Below are positions 1-8,310 of a stretch of 64,000 nucleotides of DNA, piece by piece. Location: assembly GCA_028683435.1 (NCBI GenBank), contig JAQUIG010000008.1:6494-70493 (forward strand). Direction: 5' to 3'. The position numbers were made by a program, and so were the translations under genes. This stretch comes from Desulfuromonadaceae bacterium. GTDB taxonomy: Bacteria > Desulfobacterota > Desulfuromonadia > Geobacterales > Pseudopelobacteraceae. The first letter of the stretch is position 1, and each line of letters starts with the position of its first letter. The notes under the pieces are model-generated. The model had not been told where the DNA came from and did not search any database. It saw nothing but the letters and a program-made list of their open reading frames with translations.

Positions 1-20
1 GATACATACTTATACAAATA

Positions 21-929
21 GTGCGGAGATTACATATGTTGAAGAATATTAGTTATTTAAATAAAACCATAGGGTTTGCATTTCTGCTGGTAAGTATGAC
101 TTTCACAGTAGCCGGCTGTGGTAGTGACAGCACACCAACACCAACACCGGAAGTACAGTCACAAAATGCAATGAAAGAAGCGTTTGATTATCTTCGAGCA
201 ACAAAAGATCAAAATGCTACTGTGCAAAGTAACTTGGATAATTTCAATAAAGCTTTAGCTAAATGTATCAGCTCAAATGAAATTTTTGCTAATCAGGAAG
301 CCCTACTCACAAAGGCATATATCGAAATTGGTCTAAACAAGACCTCTGATGCGCATGCAACGTTGGACACAATTGATGCCCAATATCCAAACAAGACTGA
401 AGATGAGCAAGTTAGAGCCTTATTAATTTCCAAAGAAAATGGCAACCCTTCGGAAATACTGCGATATTTGAAATTATCTTTAAATGACTCTTATTCAGGT
501 TTAGACGAAGGTTTATGGTGGGGCATGGTTGAACAATTGCCCGGTTTTATTTATTTCAGAACAACTCCTGAATACACTGAACTGCAAAAATTGAAGCCGG
601 TGTCACCGGTAGCAAAGACCGTATCAAGTGAGAAAGTCTGCCAAGATAACGTAACAGAATATAAGCCACGTTGGTTTGGTAACCAAATATATCTTGAACA
701 TAGTGTCGTAGAAGTACTGGATACCTCGTCTGCAGCAGGCTCTATGGCATTGGAGGCATTCTTTCTTTCTTTACATGCAGCATTTCCACCACCAGTGCCA
801 TCGATTCTCGCATTATCAATTGGAGCCACTGGTTTTGTATACGGTTTGGTTGATCAGGGATGTGGGATTATACTGTCTGATACATGGATCACACCACCGC
901 TATTATTTTTACCAACGTCGCAGAAGTAA
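21..929 (+). CDS. hypothetical lipoprotein in an AT-rich segment
   Basis: 302-aa ORF with a signal peptide and lipobox (FTVAG|C) and a hydrophobic C-terminal segment. Local GC is visibly lower than the rest of the window. No family recognised. Confidence 0.55.
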   Translation: MRRLHMLKNISYLNKTIGFAFLLVSMTFTVAGCGSDSTPTPTPEVQSQNAMKEAFDYLRATKDQNATVQSNLDNFNKALAKCISSNEIFANQEALLTKAYIEIGLNKTSDAHATLDTIDAQYPNKTEDEQVRALLISKENGNPSEILRYLKLSLNDSYSGLDEGLWWGMVEQLPGFIYFRTTPEYTELQKLKPVSPVAKTVSSEKVCQDNVTEYKPRWFGNQIYLEHSVVEVLDTSSAAGSMALEAFFLSLHAAFPPPVPSILALSIGATGFVYGLVDQGCGIILSDTWITPPLLFLPTSQK

Positions 930-1037
930 CATTGGTGTCCTGGCAAGCGATGCTCTGCACGGAAGGTTTTTTATCAATGTCGATAACGAAAACACGTAGG
1001 GTGTCACGTCTACATATTTCACAAAACCAACAAAATT

Positions 1038-1082
1038 AAAACGCCATGAAGCCCTTTATTCCAAGGCTTCACGGCGTTTTTA
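1038..1082 (+). terminator. rho-independent terminator candidate
   Basis: Stem aaaacgccatgaagcc / ggcttcacggcgtttt (one G-U pair) ending in a T-run, about 110 nt after the lipoprotein ORF. Confidence 0.5.
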
Positions 1083-1328
1083 TGTGCCTTTCATCGTAAC
1101 AGCTTAGGTGCCGGTAGCTCACTCGTTCTATCGAGCAGATCATTAGAGTGCGACCGCCGTCAACGCTGCAGCCTGGTGAGTGCTATTATGTTTTGGTTAA
1201 CGGGTGTTCCGGCAGGGGGCAGGTTCGAGTTGGATAAATCAAGCCGGTGCAACTGTCCGTGAAACTTACACCCTGCAGAGTACATTTTATGGGAGGAGAC
1301 GTTTATAATTGCAATCATTATTGGCGAT

Positions 1329-1766
1329 ATGTCACCCATATCCCGGAAACGCCGCTATCGGTCGCGCATTTCCGGCCCGCTCCTCGACCGTATCGACATC
1401 CACATCGAAGTGCCGGCGGTCAAATACCGCGATCTGGCCGACCGGGGTGAAGCGGAAAGTTCCGCAGCGATTGCCAAACGGGTGGAACATTCCCGGGAAC
1501 TGCAGCTCGAGCGCTACCGTGGGACCAAGATTCACTGCAACGCCCAGATGACGCCCCGCTTCATCAAGAAATACTGCGAGCTCGACGCCTCCGGCAACCG
1601 GATGCTGGAGCTGGTCACCGACCGCCTCGGTTTCTCCGCCCGAACGTATACCCGCATTCTCAAGGTGGCTCGCACCATTGCCGACCTTGACGGCAGCAAT
1701 ACCATTCATGAACAGCATATTGCCGAGGCGATTCAGTACCGGAGCCTGGACCGGAAAACGGCGTAG
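1329..1766 (+). pseudogene. comM: 3' fragment of comM/yifB (Mg-chelatase-like AAA+ protein), last ~145 codons only
   Basis: RISGPLLDRIDIHIEVP ... TYTRILKVARTIADLDG ... HIAEAIQYRSLDR matches the C-terminal third of ComM/YifB. The same frame upstream of 1329 shows no ComM-like sequence and reaches a stop at 1260-1262. Confidence 0.75.
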
Positions 1767-1836
1767 TGTTTAAACTCTCTATTTTTGTATAAAGAATGTG
1801 ACCAGTTACAGCTGTTCAGGTATTCCTGGAATCTCT

Positions 1837-3114
1837 TTATCCGGTAGAAACGGAAGGGATGAAGTCATTGTGTGCAAAGGAATAGTCGTAATGCATATGG
1901 TCGCTGCAGGCTCCTGAGAGAACGGCCGCCACATCCTCGGCAATGACGAGCTCTTCATTTGTCGGAATAATGAAGACCTTAATCCGGGAACCTTCACCGC
2001 TTATCTCCACCTATTCATGTTCCGACCGGATAGCGCGGTTGCTGTCACGGTCAACCCGTATCCCGAAGCAGTCAAGCCCATCCAGTACCATCTCCCTTAC
2101 CGTTGCTTCCGCCGCACCTCTCCCGGTGGTAAAAACGATCGCATCCAGAGGCCCGGTAATAGCCAGGTATGCTCCGATGTATTTCTTGAGACGGTAGGTC
2201 TCGATCTCAAGGGCCAGTTTGCACCGGGAATCGCCGTCCAGAGCCGCCTGCACAAACTGCTGCCGATCGAGGTGCCGCCCGCTAATACCGGAGATTCCGC
2301 TTCTGTTATTGAGGACCTGCTCCAGTTCCTTGGATGAAATGTTCAACACCATCATCATATAGGCAAGAATGCCGGGATCAATGTCACCGCAGCGTGTCAT
2401 CATGACCGCTCCCTCAAGTGGCGTCATCCCCATGCTGGTATCTACTGATAGGCCGTTTTTGATGGCACAGAGCGACACCCCCCGGTCGAGATGAATGGTA
2501 ATCAGGTTGCAGGTATCGACCGGCTTGCCGAGAAGTACGGCGGCCCGCCGTGAAAGGTAGAGGTGCGATGGGCCGTGGAAACCGTAGCGGCGAACCCCGT
2601 AATTTTCGTACCATTCATAGGGAAGAGGATAAATGCAGGCAGAGTCGGGCATGGAACCGTGGAAGGCGGTATCAAAAATCGCCACATGGGGAATGGCCGG
2701 CAACTGTATCATTGCCGCTTCGATGCCTGCGATATTGGGAGCCAGGTGTTGTGGCGCCAGTCCTTGAAGCTCCCGAATGGCGTCGAGGACGTGGTCGTCA
2801 ATCTGCGCCGAATGCCGGAATTTCTTGCCGCCATGCGCTACCCGGTGACCAACGGCTGAAATTTCTGAGGCGCTGGCAATGACCCCATGCTCAGGGTCAA
2901 TCAGGGTAGTGATGATAAGGGCTACGGCGCTCTGATGATCGCTATTATTCGGACCTAAACAGAATGGTTCCCGCCCCGGGACACTCTGGCGGAGAAATGA
3001 ACCGCCGAGACCCACCCGTTCAATTGTTCCCGAAGCAAGCATAGCCCGCCCATCCGAGGAAAGGAGGTAATAATTTATTCTATGACTCCAGCACGTGATG
3101 GTAAGAATTTTCAT
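1837..3114 (-). pseudogene. acetate/propionate kinase-family paralogue interrupted by an in-frame TAG at 2011-2013
   Basis: ORF 2011..3114 carries AckA motifs (VGHRVAHGG, FDTAFH, YGFHGPSH, DTSMGMTPLEG, TRCGDIDP). Reading on in the same frame after the TAG gives VEISGEGSRIKVFIIPTNEELVIAEDV... to a TAA at 1837-1839, which is the normal AckA C-terminus. Confidence 0.6.
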
Positions 3115-3170
3115 AAATCCTGCCTTTATTAAACTTGTGAGTGTCAGTCAGAAAGAGCCCTCATGCAGTT

Positions 3171-3635
3171 TCATCGTTTCATCCGCTGTCGCACATCATT
3201 CACCGTTGACTCGAGGGTCAGGATAAACTGCTCAAACCGGTCGATTTCAGCATCGCTGAAGGGGCTGAGAAGCTCGTTTTCAAGGGTTGTCACGATCTCC
3301 TGTATTCGGGCAACGACCAACTGTCCTTCCGCTGTCAAACAGAGCAGTTTCGCGCGGCGATCGGAACCATCTTCCGAACGTTCGATAAGCCCCTTGGTTA
3401 CAAGGGTGTCGATGAGACGCACCAGGGACGCCCCTTCAATGCCGACGGATGCCGCCAGATGCTTCTGGCGAACGCCGTCGCCAAGGAGCTGGAGATGCAG
3501 GAGAGGGCGCCAGGTGGCATCCGTCAGCCCGTCAGCCTGGAATTTACCGTCCAGTAGCTGACGCCAGTGCCGTGTCAGGAGACCGAGCTGATAGAGGAGA
3601 TTGTTGCGGTTAATTTTTGAGTCGGATATATTCAT
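3171..3635 (-). CDS. MarR family transcriptional regulator
   Basis: 154 aa with winged-HTH MarR-like sequence (ASLVRLIDTLVTKGLIERSEDGSDRRAKLLCLTAEG). Divergent from the efflux genes. Confidence 0.8.
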   Translation of the reverse strand: MNISDSKINRNNLLYQLGLLTRHWRQLLDGKFQADGLTDATWRPLLHLQLLGDGVRQKHLAASVGIEGASLVRLIDTLVTKGLIERSEDGSDRRAKLLCLTAEGQLVVARIQEIVTTLENELLSPFSDAEIDRFEQFILTLESTVNDVRQRMKR

Positions 3636-3864
3636 TTGCGATAGATAGCATACTAACTATTGTATCGCCATCGTTATTTGAGCGTTTATGACGAGCTGCC
3701 ACAAGCATAATGTGGCTGATTATGGAAACAGGTGAAAAAAATTGTCATATATATCTGGAATAACAGCATGCTCTCGTTTACTCTCTTGTAGTATACTGCA
3801 ATCCGTCATGTCATCTACCGTAGTAGTACACTTCAGTCTTGTACCAGGAAAGAAGAAGAACAGC

Positions 3865-4992
3865 ATGAAGCAAACCTCAATAATCGTGACTTTTTTTGTT
3901 GTATTCCTCCTCTGCACCTCCTGTACGCCCAAAAAAGAGCCCAAAGCAAAGCTGCCGGTACCGGTAAAGGTGGTTCAGGCGGTTCAGAAAGACGTCCCGG
4001 TCCAGGTCAAGGCGATCGGCACCATCGAAGCATACACCAGTGTCGCCATAAAATCTCAGGTGGGGGGCCAGATAGCCCGGCTTCATTTTGCGGAAGGGAG
4101 CAATGTAGAGAAGGGCGCCTTGCTGATCAGCATCGACCCGGAACCGTTCCAGGCGACGTTACACCAGTTTGAGGCCGCCCTGGCAAAGGATCAGGCCCAG
4201 GCTAAATTCGCTCGCGAACAGGCGGAGCGCTACGCAGGGTTACTCAAGGAGGGAATCGTTACCCACGATCAATATGACCTGTTGCGATCGAATGCCGAAT
4301 CCCTGGCTGCAACCCTGGTTGCCGATCGTGCCGCCATAAAAAACGCCAAAATACAGCTCGACTATTGTTCCATCCGCTCGCCGATCTCCGGCCGAACCGG
4401 CACGATTGCGCTGCAACCGGGCAATCTGGTGAAGGCGAACGATCTGCCGATAGTGACGGTCAATCAACTTACGCCGATCTACGCCACCTTCTCTATTCCT
4501 GAAAAAATGCTGTCTGCGGTAAAATTGGCCCTGGCCGGCAAAGAATTAAAAATTGAGGCCGTGATCCCGAATGAACCGGGGAGTACGGAGGCAGGGACGA
4601 TCAGCTTTTTGGATAATGCCGTGAATCCGGCAACCGGTACGATCAAGCTCAAGGGGGTATTTGCCAACACGTCGCGTAAACTCTGGCCGGGTCAGTTCAC
4701 CGATGTGGTCATGACGCTGGGTATCCGGAAAAATGCCGTAGTTGTGCCGACCAATGCTATTCAGACCAGCCAGCAGGGGCAGTTTATTTATGTGGTGAAA
4801 CAGGATAATTCAGTGGAGATGCGTCAGGTTACAGCTGCCATGGTGGTGGGTGAGGATACGGTTGTCGACAAAGGGTTGGCAGCTGGTGAAACTGTGGTGA
4901 CCGATGGCCAGTTACGGTTGACTCCCGGGGCGGTTGTTGAAAGTAAAGATAAGCAACCTGCGGTGAAACAGCCTGCCGGGGGTAAAAACTAA
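3865..4992 (+). CDS. RND efflux periplasmic adaptor (MFP, MdtA/AcrA-like lipoprotein)
   Basis: HlyD/MFP-like sequence. The internal ATG at 3865 gives a lipoprotein signal (LLCTS|C). The longer ORF from 3742 has no signal-like N-terminus. Confidence 0.8.
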   Translation: MKQTSIIVTFFVVFLLCTSCTPKKEPKAKLPVPVKVVQAVQKDVPVQVKAIGTIEAYTSVAIKSQVGGQIARLHFAEGSNVEKGALLISIDPEPFQATLHQFEAALAKDQAQAKFAREQAERYAGLLKEGIVTHDQYDLLRSNAESLAATLVADRAAIKNAKIQLDYCSIRSPISGRTGTIALQPGNLVKANDLPIVTVNQLTPIYATFSIPEKMLSAVKLALAGKELKIEAVIPNEPGSTEAGTISFLDNAVNPATGTIKLKGVFANTSRKLWPGQFTDVVMTLGIRKNAVVVPTNAIQTSQQGQFIYVVKQDNSVEMRQVTAAMVVGEDTVVDKGLAAGETVVTDGQLRLTPGAVVESKDKQPAVKQPAGGKN

Positions 4993-7900
4993 TGAATGTC
5001 GCGGATATTTTCATCCGCCGGCCGATTATGACGTCATTGATCATGATCGCCATCTTCATATTCGGGGTGGTTTCCTATCGCTTGCTGCCGGTGAACGACC
5101 TGCCCAACGTGGATTTCCCGACTATTCAGGTCAGCGCCAACCTGCCCGGCGCCAATCCGGACACTATGGCGGCGGCGGTGGCAACCCCGCTTGAAAACCA
5201 GCTTTCAACCATTCCCGGTGTCGATTCCATGACCTCGGCCAACGGCGTCGGCACAACCAGGATCACGCTCCAGTTCAATCTGGACCGCGATATCGATGCC
5301 GCTGCCCAGGATGTCCAGGCGGCCATATCGGCTGCCACCCGGTCGCTTCCAAAGAACATGCCGACGCCGCCGTCGTTTCGCAAGGTGAACCCGGCCGATC
5401 AGCCGGTCCTCTACCTGACGCTCAGTTCCCCCACGCTACCGCTTTCCGCGGTTGACGAGTACGCCCAGACCATGATCGCGCAACGGCTCTCCACCATAAG
5501 CGGCGTGGCCCAGGTTAACGTGTACGGCTCGCAAAAATTCGCCGTCCGGGCCCAGCTTGATCCAAAGGCGCTGGCATCGCGCCAGATCGGCATCGACGAA
5601 GTGGCGGCGGCGATTGGGGACGCGAACGTCAACCTGCCGACCGGGACCCTTGATGGGGCAAAACAGACCTATACCATCGAGGCCAACGGGCAGATGTTCA
5701 AGGCGGCCTCCTTCCGGCAGACCGTGGTGGCCTATCGGGACGGCTCGCCGATCCGCCTGGAGGAACTCGGGCGGGTGCTGGACAGCGTCGAGAATACCAA
5801 ACAGGCCGGCTGGTACAACAGCACCCGCGCCATCGTCCTGGCGGTCCAGCGCCAACCCGGCACCAATACCATCCAGGTGGTGGACAACGTCAAGAAGCTG
5901 CTGCCGACCTTCCGGGGTCAGATGCCGGCCTCAGTCGAACTGAATGTGCTCTTTGACCGCTCCAACCTGATCCGGGAATCGATGCACGACCTCAAGTTCA
6001 CCCTCTGCCTGACCATCGGCCTTGTCATCATGGTGATCTTTCTATTCCTGCGCAATCTCTCCGCTACGATCATTCCCGCCCTGGCGCTGCCGATGTCCAT
6101 CGTCGGCACCTTCTCCGCCATGCATCTGCTCGGCTTCTCCATGAACAACCTTACTATGATGGCCCTGACCCTGGCGGTCGGCTTCGTGGTGGACGATGCC
6201 ATCGTCATGCTGGAAAATATCGTGCGCCACATGGAAAAGGGGGAAAGCGCCATGGAGGCCGCTTTCAAGGGCTCCAGGGAGATAGGATTCACCATCATCT
6301 CGATGACCATTTCGCTCGTGGCGGTCTTTATCCCGGTGCTGTTCATGGGTGGCATCCTAGGGCGGCTGCTGAACGAATTCGCCATCACGATCAGCGTGGC
6401 GATTCTGGTCTCCTGTTTCGTTTCCCTGACCCTTACCCCCATGCTTTGCAGCCGCTTTCTGAAACCTCCGGTGACCGAAAATCACGGGCGGATGTACCTT
6501 GCCCTGGAGCGCTTCTTCGACGGTATGCTCAATATTTACCAGCGCTCGCTGAAACAGGTCCTGCACTTCCGGCGCGCAACCCTGGTCGTAACGCTGCTGC
6601 TCTCGCTCGTTACCGTCTGGCTCTTTACGGTAATTCCATTGGGATTCCTCCCCTCTGAAGACACCGGACGGCTGAACGCCAGCACCGAGACGGCGGAGGG
6701 GACGTCCTTCGAGGAGATGAAGCTGCATCAGGAAGCGGTGGCGGCTATCATCGCCAAGGATCCCAATATCGACGGCTTCATGTCGTCCATTGGGGGAGGC
6801 GGCGGCAGCAATACCGGCCGTTTCTTCATGCGCCTCAAGCCGCGCAACGAGCGCAAGCTCTCGGCGGACCAGATCATCGCGGAGTTGCGGCCCAAACTGG
6901 CCCAGGTCGCGGGGATCAGCGTTTTCCTGAGAAACATTCCCCCGATCCAGGTCGGCGGTACCAGTTCCAAAAGCCTGTACCAGTACACCCTGCAGGGCCA
7001 GGACACGGCTGAACTGTACCGGTCGGCCAGCCAGTTCGAGACGAAGCTCAAGGCGATTCCGGAGCTTATGGACGTGACCAGCGACCTGCAGATCAGCAAC
7101 CCGCAGGTGCGCGTCGAGATCAACCGGGACAAGGTGGCGGCTCTGGGGTTGAGCGTCATGCAGGTGGAGGACGCCCTGGCCTATGCCTACGGTTCGCGCC
7201 AGGTGAGCTCCATCTTCGCCCCTACCAACCAGTACCAGGTCATCCTCGAGCTTGATCCGCTCTACCAAGGGGACCCGACGGCGCTCGGCATGCTCTACAT
7301 CCGCGGCACAGCCGACGGGTTGGTACCGCTGGAAACGATAGCGACCATTTCCAAGACTATCGGGCCGCTGGCGGTAAACCATATGGGACAGCTTCCCGCG
7401 GTGACCATCTCGTTCAACCTGCGCCCGGATGTTGCTCTGGGAGACGGCATGAAGCTCATTGACGAGCTGGCACGAACGGCGCTTCCCGCGTCCGTCAGCA
7501 CCAGTTTCCAGGGCACCGCCCAGGCGTTCAAATCATCCTTCAGCGGGCTATGGCTGCTGCTGATCATGGCCATTTTCGTCATCTACGTCGTGCTCGGCGT
7601 GCTCTATGAAAGCTACATCCACCCGATCACCATCCTGTCCGGGCTCCCTGCCGCCGGTTTCGGGGCGCTGATCACCCTGATGATCTTCGGCAGCGATCTC
7701 AACATCTACGCCTTCGTCGGGATCATCATGCTGCTCGGGATCGTGAAAAAGAACGCCATCATGATGATCGATTTTGCTCTGGAAGCCGAGAGGGCTGAAG
7801 GGAAACTACCGCTGGATGCCATTTATGAAGGGGCGATCGTACGTTTCAGGCCGATCATGATGACAACCATGGCGGCCCTGATGGGAACCCTCCCGATCGC

Positions 7901-8066
7901 ACTGGGAATGGGCTCCGGCGGGGAGTCGCGGCAACCGCTGGGGTTAGCTGTTGTTGGAGGACTGCTGACGTCGCAGTTGTTGACCCTCTATATTACGCCG
8001 GTGGTTTATTACTATATGGATCGGTTGCTTCATAAAGTACGGCCTCGAAAAGCAATATCGGCCTGA
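4992..8066 (+). CDS. RND multidrug efflux transporter (AcrB/MdtB/MdtC family)
   Basis: 1024 aa with a typical HAE1 N-terminus (FIRRPIMTSLIMIAI...) and 12-TM architecture. ATGA overlap with the MFP gene. Confidence 0.9.
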   Translation: MNVADIFIRRPIMTSLIMIAIFIFGVVSYRLLPVNDLPNVDFPTIQVSANLPGANPDTMAAAVATPLENQLSTIPGVDSMTSANGVGTTRITLQFNLDRDIDAAAQDVQAAISAATRSLPKNMPTPPSFRKVNPADQPVLYLTLSSPTLPLSAVDEYAQTMIAQRLSTISGVAQVNVYGSQKFAVRAQLDPKALASRQIGIDEVAAAIGDANVNLPTGTLDGAKQTYTIEANGQMFKAASFRQTVVAYRDGSPIRLEELGRVLDSVENTKQAGWYNSTRAIVLAVQRQPGTNTIQVVDNVKKLLPTFRGQMPASVELNVLFDRSNLIRESMHDLKFTLCLTIGLVIMVIFLFLRNLSATIIPALALPMSIVGTFSAMHLLGFSMNNLTMMALTLAVGFVVDDAIVMLENIVRHMEKGESAMEAAFKGSREIGFTIISMTISLVAVFIPVLFMGGILGRLLNEFAITISVAILVSCFVSLTLTPMLCSRFLKPPVTENHGRMYLALERFFDGMLNIYQRSLKQVLHFRRATLVVTLLLSLVTVWLFTVIPLGFLPSEDTGRLNASTETAEGTSFEEMKLHQEAVAAIIAKDPNIDGFMSSIGGGGGSNTGRFFMRLKPRNERKLSADQIIAELRPKLAQVAGISVFLRNIPPIQVGGTSSKSLYQYTLQGQDTAELYRSASQFETKLKAIPELMDVTSDLQISNPQVRVEINRDKVAALGLSVMQVEDALAYAYGSRQVSSIFAPTNQYQVILELDPLYQGDPTALGMLYIRGTADGLVPLETIATISKTIGPLAVNHMGQLPAVTISFNLRPDVALGDGMKLIDELARTALPASVSTSFQGTAQAFKSSFSGLWLLLIMAIFVIYVVLGVLYESYIHPITILSGLPAAGFGALITLMIFGSDLNIYAFVGIIMLLGIVKKNAIMMIDFALEAERAEGKLPLDAIYEGAIVRFRPIMMTTMAALMGTLPIALGMGSGGESRQPLGLAVVGGLLTSQLLTLYITPVVYYYMDRLLHKVRPRKAISA

Positions 8067-8310
8067 TCGCCGAGTGTAATTTTCCCCCCCACAACTGTCG
8101 AAAACTTTTACAAATTCATCGCACTTCCCTAGCTAATAACCGAAGCTCAATAATTGTACTGCAATATCATCTAGTTATCTGTAGGCATGCAATATGCTTA
8201 TCTGTCTTGTTGCAATAAAAAATAACGATAGTATTCGGAGAGTGACCACGCATGACCCTGAAAATCAGCGAAGGCGGTGGTCGGCACGAAATGCCGCGCC
8301 GAGGTGTGAG

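Noticed and set aside
1090-1250. tRNA-like strings (ggtagctcac..., ggttcgagt) in the AT-rich island end.
   Set aside because: I could not fold them into a cloverleaf: there is no matching acceptor or T stems.
2011-2013. The TAG in the acetate-kinase paralogue read as pyrrolysine.
   Set aside because: No pyl genes or methylamine methyltransferase context occur in the window, and acetate kinases are not known Pyl proteins. It is kept only as a remote alternative in the finding.
6357-7382. Long antisense ORFs inside well-supported genes. Examples: 6357..7382(-) in the RND gene, 17036..17965(-) in hemC, 48761..49702(+) in the PQQ dehydrogenase gene, 46787..47479(+) in degP, 37710..38429(+) in the GGDEF-EAL gene and 45161..45772(+) in rluD.
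   Set aside because: They are Arg/Gly/Pro-rich shadow ORFs typical of GC-rich coding regions. None shows a recognisable family, and the opposite strand carries clear homology.
8161-8218. Repeated GCAATAT and TTATCTGT words upstream of the REC-PAS-GGDEF-EAL gene.
   Set aside because: Spacing between the copies is inconsistent (28 and 23 nt; N7 versus N2 within units), so an operator cannot be argued from sequence alone.
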